DNA of 64,000 nt from an uncultured delta proteobacterium (lineage in GTDB: Bacteria > Myxococcota_A > Polyangia > Polyangiales > Polyangiaceae): contig CAVQUB010000008.1 of the NCBI GenBank assembly GCA_963716725.1, positions 320,001 to 384,000 on the forward strand, in the 5' to 3' direction. A program made the position numbers and the translations under genes. Under the pieces are notes generated by a model, which was given only the letters and a program-made list of their open reading frames with translations, searched no databases and was not told the origin of the DNA. Of this stretch, positions 1-11,223 are shown piece after piece. Numbering within the stretch: the first letter of the stretch is position 1; every line of letters begins with the position of its first letter.

Positions 1-1916
1 TGGTGCTCGAGAACATCTACCGCCACATCGAAGAGAAGGGCACGAGCCCCTATCAAGCCGCCATCGACGGCACCAAGGAGATCGGGCTCGCGGTCCTCGC
101 GACGACGATCTCCCTGGTGGCGGTCTTCCTGCCGGTGGCGTTCATGGGCGGCATCGTGGGCCGCTTCATGAACTCCTTCGGCCTCACCATGGCCTTTGCC
201 ATCATGATCTCGCTCTTGGTGAGCTTCGTTCTCACGCCGATGATGAGCGCGCGCTGGCTGCGCCCGGCCGCGGCGGCAGAGGGCGAGGTCGCCCACGCGC
301 ACGGATCGAAGTCGTCGCGCTTCTACGCGCCCATCGAGGCCGGCTACATGCGCCTGCTCGGCTTCTCGATGCGGCACCGTTGGGTGATCGTGATCGCCAC
401 GCTGGCGACGCTGGCCTCGACGCCGGTGCTCGCGGGCCTGGCCAACAAGAACTTCTTGCCGGACGAAGACGAGTCGCAGTTCATGGCGAACATCCGCCTG
501 CCCGAGGGCACGAGCCTGGACGCCACCCGCATCGCCGCGACCCGCCTCGCCGGCGACATCGGCAAGCTCGAGGGTGTGAAGTACGCCATCACCACCATCG
601 GTGACGACCCGCAGAAGACCCCGAACCTCGCCAACATCTACGTCAAGCTGGTGCCCAGCTCCGAGCGCATGCGCTCTCAGGCCGAGCTGATCGCGGCGGC
701 GCGCGAGGTCGTGGGTCGCCATCCCGAGACAGCGGGCTATCGCGTCGCCATCGGTCAGGTGCCGATGTTCTCCGGCGGCATGCCGAACTTCCCCGTCGTG
801 TTCCAGCTGCAAGGGCCGGAGTTGCCCAAGCTCGAAGGCTACGCGCGCGCGCTGATGGAGCGCCTCGCGCGTCAGCCCGGCGTGAAGGATCCGGACACCT
901 CGCTGATCACCGGCAAGCCGGAGCTTCGCGCCCACATCGATCGCAAGAAGGCCGCCGATCTCGGCGTGAGCGTCGCCGACGTCGCCGGCGCACTGCGGCT
1001 CTTGGTCGGCGGCTATCAGGTCAGCACCTTCAACGACAAGGGCGAGCAGTACGAGGTCAACGTGCGGGCCGTGGCCGAGGCCCGCAACGACGTCTCACGC
1101 CTCAAGCGCATCAGCGTGCCGAGCGCCAAGCTCGGAACGGTCACCCTCGACAACGTCGTGAGTTTCGACGAAGGCAAGGGTCCTGGCCGCATCGACCGCT
1201 TCAACCGCAAGAAGACCGTGACCGTCATGGCCAATCTGGCGCCGGGGTTCTCGGAGGGCGGTGTCTTGGACGACCTCGCGACCGGCGTGGAGGAGCTGAA
1301 GATGGACCCCAGTTACAGCGGCGGCCCGTCCGGGCGCTCCAAGGAGCTGGGCCGCGCCTTCGAGAACTTCGCGCTGGCCTTCCTGCTCTCGTTCATCTTC
1401 ATGTACCTGGTCTTGGCGGCCCAGTTCGAGTCGTGGCTGCACCCGATCACGATCTTGCTCTCACTGCCGCTGACCGTGCCCTTTGCGCTGATCAGCGTGA
1501 TCATCTTCGGACAGTCGCTGAACATCTTCAGCATGCTGGGCATCCTGGTGCTGTTCGGCATCGTCAAGAAGAACTCGATCTTGCAGATCGACCACACCAT
1601 CAAGCTGCGTGCCGCCGGCATGCCCAAGGACGAAGCCATCCTGACCGCCAATCGCGACCGGCTGCGCCCGATCTTGATGACCACCGCGGCCTTCGTGGCC
1701 GGCATGCTGCCCTTGGTGGTGTCCACGGGCGCCGGCGCGGGCACCAACCGCGCGACGGGCTTCGTGATCATCGGTGGTCAGACCTTGGCGCTCTTGCTCA
1801 CGCTCTTGGCGACGCCGGTGGCCTACTCGCTCTTCGACGATCTCTCGGTGAAGCTCCGCAAGTGGTTCCGGCTGAAGCCGGCGACGTCGGAGCCGCTGCC
1901 CAAGCCCGCGGAGTGA
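1..1916 (+). CDS. RND efflux transporter permease (AcrB/AcrD/AcrF family), 5' end outside window
   Basis: [31 protein letters not shown] and RLRPILMTT motifs; many TM helices. Confidence 0.95.
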   Translation, partial: VLENIYRHIEEKGTSPYQAAIDGTKEIGLAVLATTISLVAVFLPVAFMGGIVGRFMNSFGLTMAFAIMISLLVSFVLTPMMSARWLRPAAAAEGEVAHAHGSKSSRFYAPIEAGYMRLLGFSMRHRWVIVIATLATLASTPVLAGLANKNFLPDEDESQFMANIRLPEGTSLDATRIAATRLAGDIGKLEGVKYAITTIGDDPQKTPNLANIYVKLVPSSERMRSQAELIAAAREVVGRHPETAGYRVAIGQVPMFSGGMPNFPVVFQLQGPELPKLEGYARALMERLARQPGVKDPDTSLITGKPELRAHIDRKKAADLGVSVADVAGALRLLVGGYQVSTFNDKGEQYEVNVRAVAEARNDVSRLKRISVPSAKLGTVTLDNVVSFDEGKGPGRIDRFNRKKTVTVMANLAPGFSEGGVLDDLATGVEELKMDPSYSGGPSGRSKELGRAFENFALAFLLSFIFMYLVLAAQFESWLHPITILLSLPLTVPFALISVIIFGQSLNIFSMLGILVLFGIVKKNSILQIDHTIKLRAAGMPKDEAILTANRDRLRPILMTTAAFVAGMLPLVVSTGAGAGTNRATGFVIIGGQTLALLLTLLATPVAYSLFDDLSVKLRKWFRLKPATSEPLPKPAE

Positions 1917-2001
1917 TCGGGGAGCCAACCCGCTCGCGGGGCGTCGGCTGCGTTGCTCGGCTTTGTGGACAGGGTCGGGAGCACCATGGGAGCATCGACG
2001 C

Positions 2002-2802
2002 ATGGTCTCGAGGGTCGAATACCGGCTCGCAGGCGTGGGCGTTCTGTTTTTCGTCGCGAGCATCGCGCCTGCGCTTCACGCCCAAGACTTCGACGAGCTG
2101 CCCGAGGACGACGCGGAAGCACAACCCAGTGACGACTCGGCCGTCGACGATGTCGACAGCGGCGGAGCTGGCGCCGACGACGGCACAGGCATTCACTTCG
2201 GACTGCGCCTCGCCTACGCGTTTCCAATGGGGTCGGTCTACGGTTCGTCGAACTCGACCACCACCATCGGCGGCGTCACCCAGACCCGGACGGTCGAAGC
2301 CGCCAAGCTCTCCGAAGGCGTTGCCGGGCAGATCCCGATCTGGCTGGATCTCGGCTGGCAGGTCACGCCGGCCTTCATGGCGGGGGCCTATTTCTCCTAC
2401 GGGGTGGTGCTGCCCGCGGGCGATCTCGCCGACCTCTGCGACGACGGTGACGTGAGCTGCACGCTGAACGACATTCGCTTGGGCGTTCAGGCGCAGCTGT
2501 CGCTGTCGCCGGGCAGGTCCGTTGACCCCTGGATCGGCGCCGGGGCCGGCTACGAGTGGCTCTCGCTGAAGGTTGACGAGACAACGGTGCGGTACCGAGG
2601 CACCGAGCTGTTCATGCTGCAAGGTGGGCTCGATTTCGGGGGCGACAGCGATTCGACGACCTACGGGCTCTTCGCGGCCTTCACCTTCGGGCAGTTTGCC
2701 GTCGCCCATCAGAAGATGGGCAACAGCGGTGAATCACGCGACGTCGAGAATCAGGCGCTGCACAACTGGCTCTTCCTGGGCGTGCGCGGCGCCATGAAGT
2801 GA
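2002..2802 (+). CDS. Outer-membrane beta-barrel protein (myxobacterial type)
   Basis: Signal peptide, acidic linker, alternating beta strands (GQIPIWLDLGW, DPWIGAGAGYEW, HNWLFLGVRG). Confidence 0.7.
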   Translation: MVSRVEYRLAGVGVLFFVASIAPALHAQDFDELPEDDAEAQPSDDSAVDDVDSGGAGADDGTGIHFGLRLAYAFPMGSVYGSSNSTTTIGGVTQTRTVEAAKLSEGVAGQIPIWLDLGWQVTPAFMAGAYFSYGVVLPAGDLADLCDDGDVSCTLNDIRLGVQAQLSLSPGRSVDPWIGAGAGYEWLSLKVDETTVRYRGTELFMLQGGLDFGGDSDSTTYGLFAAFTFGQFAVAHQKMGNSGESRDVENQALHNWLFLGVRGAMK

Positions 2803-2805
2803 GCG

Positions 2806-3444
2806 TCACCACACTCCCCCGAAGGGGTAGTAGGGCAGCGTGTACTCCAGAGAGCAGCCCTCGCCGGAGGGACCCATGGCCCGGATGGCGTCTTCGCGCG
2901 CCCTGCCGCTCACCGCCGACAGCGCCTGCTGGCATTGGCTGCGAGAGTACCCTGGACTGAAGCCAGATTTCGAGCAAGCCGCCATCACCTCGTCGCACTG
3001 CGATACGGTGGACGGATCCATCGGCGCGCGCATCACTGCGTCTCGAATGCACTTGCCCATCGCCGGGGAGCGGCACGAAGGAGCCGAGAGGTTCGCGGCC
3101 CAACACGTCGCGATCTCTTCGGCGATGCGCGGGCGGTAGCCGGGGTAGTGACCTTCGCTTCCTGGATCGCCCTGGCCGGCCAAGCTTTGACACTCCTGGA
3201 TCAGACCTTCGCAGCTCGGGCTCAGGCTCGCGCACTTGGATAGATCAGGGAGGGCCCCGTCGTCAGCCGAAGCCGGCGACGGACTGGGATCGTCTGGGCC
3301 GGGGGGTCCGGACGGATCCTGGATGACCAGCGGATCCTCCGGCGCTCGAGCGACGTGCGACGGGACCGCGGGGGGCGCTCGATCGCAGGACGCAGCCGCG
3401 AGGGCGAAGGTGATCCGAGCGAAGCGCGCGAAGTCGATCTTCAT
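2806..3444 (-). CDS. Cys-rich lipoprotein, unknown function
   Basis: Lipobox-like AAASC, Pro-rich linker, many Cys in C-terminal domain. Confidence 0.65.
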   Translation of the reverse strand: MKIDFARFARITFALAAASCDRAPPAVPSHVARAPEDPLVIQDPSGPPGPDDPSPSPASADDGALPDLSKCASLSPSCEGLIQECQSLAGQGDPGSEGHYPGYRPRIAEEIATCWAANLSAPSCRSPAMGKCIRDAVMRAPMDPSTVSQCDEVMAACSKSGFSPGYSRSQCQQALSAVSGRAREDAIRAMGPSGEGCSLEYTLPYYPFGGVW

Positions 3445-3502
3445 GCCGGGCGGCGATCTTCTCCCAAACAGCGGCGGAGGCAAGCGGTGCTAACGTGAAC
3501 TC

Positions 3503-4573
3503 GTGGTGCGAGGCCTATCGTTCGTACTGATCCTGAGCGCCCTCGGCTGCTCGTCGGCCGAAGGCGCGGGCGGGGTGGGTGGCGCGGCCGGCGCGGCCGG
3601 TGCGGGCGGCGCGGCCGGCGCAGGTGGCGCAGGTGGCGCGGCAGGCAGCGCCGTCGGGGGCTTTGCCGGGCTCGGCTTCCAGTGTGGCAGCGTCGATCCG
3701 ACACCCGACGAACGACCACTGCCCAAGGAGATCAGCGTGGCGGCCCCGACCCTCGAGCTCGTCGCCACCTCGCGGCGTGTCGAGGTGTGGGCAACGACGG
3801 ACTCGCCACTCGGTGAGACCGCGCTGCTCGACGTTGGCGAGGGCTCGTGCGCCGCTTTGCTCTTCGATCTAAAAGCTCACTCGCTGCCCGAGTCAGCGCC
3901 CGAGCTGTCCACGCGAGTGCGCGTCGTCGTCGTCGATGGCGCGACCTTCGACTCGGCGACCGGTGCGCCCGGTGCCTACGGCGTCGCCTTCCCGCAGTCC
4001 AAGTCCACGACCGATGCGGTCATCTTGCCCAGCGACGGCCTCGCCGACCTGGTCGAGCTCGACGACACTTTGGCTCACGAACTCACGCACATCATCGGGG
4101 GTCGAGCCGCGCCCTACGACGGTTGGATCCCGTGGTGGCTGATCGAGGGGGTAGCGATCCTCAGCGGCTCCCAGTTCGGTAAAGAGCTCCACGGACAAGC
4201 CACCGGCTTCGTCCTGGACTGGATCGACGTCGCCGACGGTTCGGACGCGGAGCTGACCTTCGATCGTTACGATCTCCAGGACTTGACGACGACGCTGAAC
4301 CAGACCGGCCACGATCAGGCCCTGAGTGGCTTCTTCATCGAGTTCTTGCGGATCAAGGTCGCGCTGCCCGGCGGCGGTTTCGGTCTGCCGGACGTGCAAG
4401 CACGCCTGCTCACCGCGATGCGCAAAGTGAGCGACGGAGACGATCTCGCCCTGGCCTTCGAAGCCGAACTCGGCGGCCTGCCTTTGGCGAAAGCCCAGGC
4501 CGACTACGTGAAATTCCTCGACGACACGGTCGACGATCTCGCCTCGCGCTATTCTGGAACGGTGTTCGAGTAG
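3503..4573 (+). CDS. Lipoprotein with zinc metallopeptidase (gluzincin/MA-like) domain
   Basis: Lipobox ALGC, Gly/Ala linker, HELTH motif followed by PWWLIEGVA. Confidence 0.75.
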   Translation: MVRGLSFVLILSALGCSSAEGAGGVGGAAGAAGAGGAAGAGGAGGAAGSAVGGFAGLGFQCGSVDPTPDERPLPKEISVAAPTLELVATSRRVEVWATTDSPLGETALLDVGEGSCAALLFDLKAHSLPESAPELSTRVRVVVVDGATFDSATGAPGAYGVAFPQSKSTTDAVILPSDGLADLVELDDTLAHELTHIIGGRAAPYDGWIPWWLIEGVAILSGSQFGKELHGQATGFVLDWIDVADGSDAELTFDRYDLQDLTTTLNQTGHDQALSGFFIEFLRIKVALPGGGFGLPDVQARLLTAMRKVSDGDDLALAFEAELGGLPLAKAQADYVKFLDDTVDDLASRYSGTVFE

Positions 4574-4579
4574 CGTGCG

Positions 4580-7500
4580 TTAGAACAGGCCGATGCTGAA
4601 GTGGAAGGCTCCGAGGGGTTCCCAGTAGCGTCGTCGAGTGCGATCTGGGAACAGCTCGTCGAGGACTCGGTCAACGTTGAATCCGTAGTCGAAGACCAAG
4701 GGGCCAATCGGGGTCCCGATGCGCAGCCCGCTGCCGACGGAGTAGCGCAAATCGAGCGGGTTCACCTGCTCGGGGTCACGCCACAGGTTTCCGGAGTCCA
4801 GGAAGAGGCCGGTTTGCACGTTGCCCGAGAGCGGAATGCGCAGCTCGAGGCGCGGGTTGATGAAGGCGTCACCGCCGCGAATCACGACCTGATTGAGGGA
4901 GAGACCAGAGGTCGGTTCGAGCAGCTGTTGCGCGATGTCCTCCGGGATCATCGAGTCTTGCAGGAAGCCCCGCACCGAGTCGACTCCACCCAAGAAGAAG
5001 AGCCGGTCGGGGTAGGTCCGTGACTCGGAGCGCAGCTGCTGGTTCATGCCCCAGCGCACGCTTCCGGCGAGCGCGAGCCCTTTGTCGCTGAGGCGCAGGT
5101 AGCCCGCGACGCGCTGGGTCAGCCGCAAGAACTGGCTGGTGGTCGCGTCGAAGATGCCGTCTCCGGCCTCTTCGCCACCAAAGGGCGTGGCGCGCACGTG
5201 TTCCAGGCTGGTGCTGACCAAGGTGCCGCGGGAGGCGCCGAGTGGGTTGTCTCGGCGGTCCCAGGCGAAGCCGATGCGCTGGGCGACGGCCAGAGTCGTG
5301 CCCTCGGGAACCCGGAACAGCCCCGCGCGGCGGGGGTTCGCCTGCACGTATTGCTCGAGCGCACCCTTCTGCTCGCTGCCGAAGATGGTGGCGTCGTTGA
5401 GCTCGAGCGAACCGCCGACGAAGGCCGAGAACTGCCTCACCGGACGATAAGTCAAGGTGACGATGCCCGCGTCCTTGGTCAAGCCAAAGTCCCGGGCGTT
5501 GTCCCGGACGTCGAGGCCCTCGACCGACAGCCGGAAGAGCGGCCCGAGGCCCACGTCAGGGAACTCGATCAGCGCGCTGTTGCGCCGCTCGAGACGTTGC
5601 CCAACGTCGAGCTCGTCGTACTTCTTGCGCACGTCTTCTTCGAGGATGAGTTCGTTGGGCAGGTAGCCGAGTTGGACGCGCAGGGTGAGCGGGATGGCCT
5701 CGCCACCCAGATTCCGATGGCCGTACTCGAAGGTGATGCGGAAGCCTTCGCCCGTGGAGAAGCCGGGACGAATGTCGAGATACTGTGGAAGCCGCTCCTG
5801 CACCGTGATCACGACGGCCTTCTCCTTCGCAGGCACGTAGGGGTCCTCCAGCCCCACGGTGACGGTGGAGAACACGCCCAAGGAGGCCAGCCGCTCCTCG
5901 GTCTTTCGGATCTCGCTGCGGCGGTAGGGCTGGCCGACGGTGAGGGCCACGCGGCTACGGATCAGGCTCTCGTTCGTGACCCGCGCGCCAACGACGACGA
6001 TGCGCGACACCTTGACCTGCTCGCGCTCGCTGATGGTGAACACCGCCCGCGCGCGCGTCCGATCGGGCGAGAGCTCGAGGGCCGCGTCGACCTCGGCGAA
6101 GGCGAAGCCCTCTTCCGCGTATTCATCGAGCACGCGCCGCCGCGCCTTGTCGAGCTCGACCTGCGAGGCGGGTTTGCCCAAGGCCAACTCGGCGACGTCT
6201 GCCAGGCGCTTCTCGACCAGCAGCTTGTTGCCCTCGAAACCCAGGTCGTACAGATAGGTGCGAGGCCCGAGCTTCACGGGCAGATGCAGCACGGCTTCGG
6301 CCTCGCAGCGGACTCCCAGCTTGGGATCGGGCGTGCAGACCAGGTTGGCCTCCGGGGGCGGCTCTTCGAGCGGAAGACCGATTTCGTCGTAGGTGCACGC
6401 GGTCTTCGGGCTCCGGCGGGCGCCGAGGGGGTTGCACCGCCCGGCGGGCGAGTGAGGATCGCAGCGACGTCGAAGCAACTGCGGCGGACCCACCGTCGCC
6501 GAGAGGTAGCCCTCGGACCGATACAGGTCTTGCAAGTGCTTCATCGCCCGCTCGTAGACCTCGGGCACGTAGGTCATCCACGGGTTCGGTTCGAAGGGGA
6601 CGGGGCGCGCTCCGGTGACGCCCTGAGGACCAAGGGTCTGATCGATGACGCGGGGATTCACGCTCGAGAAGATGCCGCTGCCCGGCAGCTCCTCGGAGAG
6701 GAAGCTGTCCACCTCGCTGCCGACCTCCTTTGCACCGCGTGAGCCGCTGAGGCACGGGTACTCGCGGCCCACGATGCGGACTTGAGAATGCTCGCGCACC
6801 TTGAACACCAGATCGTGAATCGGGGCGTCGGCTGCGCCTCGTTCTTCCGAGCTGACCTCCACGTCCAAAAATCCGCGTTCGACGTAGAACTTCTCGATGC
6901 GCTCGGAGATCGCCCCCAGCGATCGATCGTCGGAATCGTCCAGCTCGAGAGTCCGCTCGATTTCGGCTCAGATCGAAGCGCTGGATGCCTTCGAGCTTGA
7001 GGCGTAAGCGCGGGCCTGCTTTCACGTCCACGGCGAGCTCGGTCCCCATGGCCGTCGCGCGCAGGGAGTGCGTCACGGCGGCCCGGTGCCAGCCGCGGCT
7101 CCGGAGCGCCTTTTCCAGGTCGCGATCCGCCGTCGTCAGGTCGTCCTCGTCGGCTCGATCGCGCTCGCCGACGCCGTAGCCGGCGAGCGCCGACGAGAGC
7201 CCTTCTACCTTCGGGCTGGGCCACACCAAGAAGCGGCGCCTCGCCACCCGGCGTGGCTCGCCGGCCACGATGTCGATCAGCACCACGACCCGCAGCGGAT
7301 CATCGGTGTCGACGGCGTCGATGCGCACCGCGGCAGCCGGATGGCCCCGCCGGACGTATTGCTCCTGGACCCGCCGGGCGATTCTCGCGAGCTCCGCCGC
7401 GGTCACCTCCGAACCCGCCCTGATGCGGGCCACGCGCAGGGTCTCGTCCGTGTCCAGCACGCCTCCGGCGACGCGAATGCTGGCGATGATCCGGCGCGGG

Positions 7501-7910
7501 ACTACTTTGAGGCGAAGCACGACGCCTTCGCCTTCCGCCTCTGCGTCTGCGCTCACGTTGGCGAAGCGGCCGGTGTCGGTCAGCTCCAGCATCGCGCGAC
7601 GTGCCAGCTCGCTGCTGAGGGTGTCGCCGGCGTGCACGAAGCGCAGGGTCGGGCGTTCTTCCCAGCGCCCCCCGACCGCGACCACCTCCACTCGACTGAT
7701 GCTGCGACCGAGCAGCGCGCCCAACGACGGCGCGGGCTTGAGCTCTGGGATGCGCCCGACCTCCGAACCCTGAAGGTCGCGGTCCCCGTCCAGGGTGGTT
7801 GCACCTGCGCCCGGTCGCGGCGGCTTCTCGGCCTCGGTGCGCGGGCTGAGCGCGAGCGCTGCGAGGGCTACGGCCAAGGCCGGCGCACGACGGTGGTGCC
7901 CTCGGAGCAT
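4580..7910 (-). CDS. Omp85/BamA-TamA family protein with POTRA domains; one frameshift near 6969
   Basis: ORF from 7910 (signal peptide, POTRA) joins ORF 4580..6868 if one base is removed (FDL-AEIERTLELDD...FYVERGFLDV); VRGF, TPIGPL and C-terminal FHFSIGLF. Confidence 0.85.
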
Positions 7911-7989
7911 CGGCACCGTTCTTACCCCCGAAGGGCGTTTCGCCACAAACGGGCCCGCACGGAAATTCGTGGCTACGATCGCCGTCGTC

Positions 7990-9204
7990 ATGGGTTCCAC
8001 CCCCCCGAAGACCAAGCCCAAGGCCCGGCGCCGACGAGTGCTGACGACCGTGGCCTTGGCGGTGCCGGTGCTGGCCGTTGGCCTCTGGATCGCGGTGCAC
8101 AAGATCCCCTGGCTGGGTCCCCTGGTGGCCAACACGCTGCGCGCCGTCGTGGGCACCGACAACGTCGCAAAGCTCGAAGACTTCGCCTACGGCGTCGAGG
8201 ACCGCTTCAACCGTTGGTACCGCAAGAACGACAAACCCAAGGCCTACTGGGAGGTGCCAGCCGAAGAGCCGAAGTCGATCCCGGTGGCGACCGCCGACGC
8301 CCCGCCCCCAGTGCCCGAGTGGCGGCTGGCCGACGTGGGACCCATCCATGAGAAATGGTCCGCCCCGGGCGACGGGTCGTGGGTGAAGATCAAGGACCCG
8401 CGCCGGCCCGCGGAGCCCGTCCACATGTTCAAGACGCTGCTCCACCCTGACAAGAATCGATCGTGGGCCGAGGTCTTCGTAGTCGCGGTGGACCTGAAGC
8501 GCGCTCGCGTCCAGGCCATGCCCGGGTATCGTGAGCCGTTCAGCATCGAGAAGGGGGCGAAGGCGGTGGTGCGCAAGGCCCACGTGCCCGACGAAGAGCA
8601 CGAGGAGTTGCTCGCAGCGTTCAACGGCGGCTTCATGACCGAGCACGGTTGGTTCGGCATGAAGTTCGACGGTGTCATCTTGGTCAAACCGCGTGAGACG
8701 GCCTGCACCTTGGCCGAGCTCGACGACGGCAGCGTCACGCTGGCCACGTGGAAGAAGATCTCGGAGTCCGAGAGCAAGATGAAGTGGTTCCGGCAGATGC
8801 CGGGCTGCATGTATGAAGACGGGAAGATCCACCCGGGTCTGGCCGATCCCGAGACGCGACTGTGGGGCGCGACGCTCGACGGCGAGACGGTGATCCGGAG
8901 ATCAGCCGTCGGGCTGAGCGCGGCCCGCGACGTCCTGTACGTGGGCATCAGCAATCACACCACCGCCAAGGCTATCGCCGACGGCATGCGCCACGCGGGA
9001 GCGGCGACCGTCGGTCAGCTCGACGTGAACTGGAGCTACCCCAAATTCGTGCTCTACGAACCCAAGGAGCCCGGTGGCCCACGCAAAGCGGTGGCCCTCG
9101 CCGCGGGCTTCGAGTTCGACGAAGACGAGTACATCCGCAAGCGGTCGCTGCGCGACTTCTTCTACCTGGTGCGCAAGCCACGCGACGTCACGGCGCAGAA
9201 CTAG
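7990..9204 (+). CDS. Membrane-anchored phosphodiester glycosidase (NAGPA)-like protein
   Basis: N-terminal TM; AAFNGGF, RSAVG and QLDVN motifs. Confidence 0.6.
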   Translation: MGSTPPKTKPKARRRRVLTTVALAVPVLAVGLWIAVHKIPWLGPLVANTLRAVVGTDNVAKLEDFAYGVEDRFNRWYRKNDKPKAYWEVPAEEPKSIPVATADAPPPVPEWRLADVGPIHEKWSAPGDGSWVKIKDPRRPAEPVHMFKTLLHPDKNRSWAEVFVVAVDLKRARVQAMPGYREPFSIEKGAKAVVRKAHVPDEEHEELLAAFNGGFMTEHGWFGMKFDGVILVKPRETACTLAELDDGSVTLATWKKISESESKMKWFRQMPGCMYEDGKIHPGLADPETRLWGATLDGETVIRRSAVGLSAARDVLYVGISNHTTAKAIADGMRHAGAATVGQLDVNWSYPKFVLYEPKEPGGPRKAVALAAGFEFDEDEYIRKRSLRDFFYLVRKPRDVTAQN

Positions 9205-10067
9205 TGCCCGAGTTGCCCGAGGTCGAGGTCATCCGCCAGAGCATCTCGCCGCTGCTGGTGGGGCGCAGGTTGAAGACCATCACCACTACCCGCAGCAGCA
9301 CCTTCTTCCTCACGCCCCCGGCCACGCTGCGTCGAAAGCTCGTGGGGCGTCGCGCCCTGGGCCTGGAGCGCCGGGGAAAGTACTTGCTCGTCGACCTCGA
9401 CGACGGGGCTCGGCTGCTGCTCCACCTGGGCATGACCGGCCAGCTGTTCTCATCGAGAGCCCGGAGTCCCAGGCTGGTCTCGGCCGAGGCGCGCTCGGGG
9501 GTGCCGCGGGAGTTCGTTCCGGACGCGCACACCCACCTCGTGATCGCGTTCACGGACCGTGGTCCAGATCTGGTGTTCAGAGACGTGCGCAAGTTCGGCA
9601 AGGTGCGCTGGCTCGCGACCGGCAAGAGCGACCCGCGGCTCGACAAGCTCGGCCCCGACGCGCTTTCGGTCAGCGGCGCTCACCTGTACGAAGCGACGCG
9701 CCGGCGATCGGCGCCGATCAAGACCGTGCTGCTCGATCAACTCGTCTTGGCCGGGGTCGGGAACATTTACGCCGACGAGGCGCTGTTTCTGGCGGGGCTG
9801 CGGCCCACGCGACGGGCGCGCTCGCTGACCCGTGGCGACTATGATCGGCTTGCAACCTCCGTCCACGGCGTGCTCGAGGCGGGCATCGCGGCGGGGGGCT
9901 CGAGCATCGACGACTTCGTGCGCCCCGACGGCGAAGACGGCGGGTACCAGCACAATCACCGCGTGTACGGGCGCGCGGGCCAGCCCTGCTCCCGCTGTGG
10001 CATGGCCATCCGGCGCTTGGTGATCGGCCAGCGGTCGTCGTGTTTCTGCCCGCACTGCCAGCGCTGA
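9204..10067 (+). CDS. mutM: Formamidopyrimidine-DNA glycosylase / AP lyase
   Basis: GTG start PELPEVE, RRGKYL, HLGMTG, GVGNIYADE, C-terminal CxxC...CxxCQ zinc finger. Confidence 0.97.
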   Translation: MPELPEVEVIRQSISPLLVGRRLKTITTTRSSTFFLTPPATLRRKLVGRRALGLERRGKYLLVDLDDGARLLLHLGMTGQLFSSRARSPRLVSAEARSGVPREFVPDAHTHLVIAFTDRGPDLVFRDVRKFGKVRWLATGKSDPRLDKLGPDALSVSGAHLYEATRRRSAPIKTVLLDQLVLAGVGNIYADEALFLAGLRPTRRARSLTRGDYDRLATSVHGVLEAGIAAGGSSIDDFVRPDGEDGGYQHNHRVYGRAGQPCSRCGMAIRRLVIGQRSSCFCPHCQR

Positions 10068-10152
10068 TCGCGATCACGTCGGGCGACGATCGGGGCCGAT
10101 CGCGATCGCCAAGCCAGGCAGTCAACTGCCTGATCTCACGGGAGATTGTGCG

Positions 10153-10168
10153 AGGCACGCCGGCTGCA
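10153..10168 (+). promoter_or_regulatory. Sigma54 (-24/-12) promoter of gene at 10201
   Basis: AGGCACGCCGGCTGCA = GG-N10-GC; AAGGAG RBS at 10183; upstream palindromes. Confidence 0.65.
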
Positions 10169-10200
10169 ATGGCCAGGCTTCGAAGGAGTACCCGAAGCCC

Positions 10201-11208
10201 ATGTCGACCACCGAGACGTCCGTTGCCCTGTCCCTCGCCGAGCTCACCAGGATCGAGGAAGACCGCATCGAAACCGAGCGAAGCGAGCGCGCCCGGGGCC
10301 GTGCTGCGAGGGTCCGGGAGGAGCGTGAGAGCGAGGCCCGGCGTCTGGCGGCGGAACAGGCGCGCCTGAGCGCGGACGAAGAGGCGCGACAGCGGGTCGT
10401 GTCCGAGGCGGCCATCGAGCGCGCACGGGCCGAGGCACGCGAGCGCGCCCGGGTCGAGGTCGCGCGCATCGAGGTCGAAGCCAAGATCCGACTCGACGCG
10501 GACAACGCCGTTCGCGCCCACGAGTTGACCGAGCTGCGGGTGCGACGCGAGACGGGTCGGCGTCGACGCGAGATCGCGGTCAGTGCGGCCCTCGCCCTGG
10601 TCGTGACGCTCGGAGGCCTGGGCATTTACGACGCAAACACCCGCGTCGGGAAGCACGAGCGGACCGGAGAAGAACTGCGCGAGCGCGAGCGCGCGCTGCT
10701 CCGCGAGCGCGATGACCGCAAGCAACTCGAGCTCAAGGCGATCGAACTTCGCCAAGCTGCGCTACTGGCTCGGCCCCGCGCCGCGGACGCGAAGGCCGGG
10801 ATCGCGACGGCGGCGGCGGCCCACGCCGCCATCGACGCGCGGGCTCCAGCTCACGATCGCGTGCGGGCCTTTGCCGAGGCACTGGACGCGCTCGAAGAGC
10901 GGATCGACGCCCTCGACAAGATCGCTTTGCTCGACCAGCGGCGCGCGGATCTGTCGGCCTGGGCCTCGGCCAGCAAGCGCACGAAGCGACTGGACGCCGT
11001 GAACGGCGCGGCTTCGCGGGCCAAGGCCGCAGGCGCGGGAATGGATGCGCTGCTGAGATACGAGCGCGCGCTCGATGGGTTGGGCAGCGAGCTCGCCGAA
11101 CGCGCCGGCGCGGCGCCGCGCTCCGCCGCCGCCGGCACGGTGGTCGCGACCGGGTCCTGTCAGGAGGGCGACCCCGGCTGCGGGATCGACGGCAGGCCGC
11201 TGTTCTGA
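10201..11208 (+). CDS. Coiled-coil membrane protein, unknown function
   Basis: ETSVALSLAEL N-terminus, E/R/A-rich coils, one TM, C-terminal CxxxxxxC. Confidence 0.75.
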   Translation: MSTTETSVALSLAELTRIEEDRIETERSERARGRAARVREERESEARRLAAEQARLSADEEARQRVVSEAAIERARAEARERARVEVARIEVEAKIRLDADNAVRAHELTELRVRRETGRRRREIAVSAALALVVTLGGLGIYDANTRVGKHERTGEELRERERALLRERDDRKQLELKAIELRQAALLARPRAADAKAGIATAAAAHAAIDARAPAHDRVRAFAEALDALEERIDALDKIALLDQRRADLSAWASASKRTKRLDAVNGAASRAKAAGAGMDALLRYERALDGLGSELAERAGAAPRSAAAGTVVATGSCQEGDPGCGIDGRPLF

Positions 11209-11223
11209 ACGGCAAGCGTCGCG

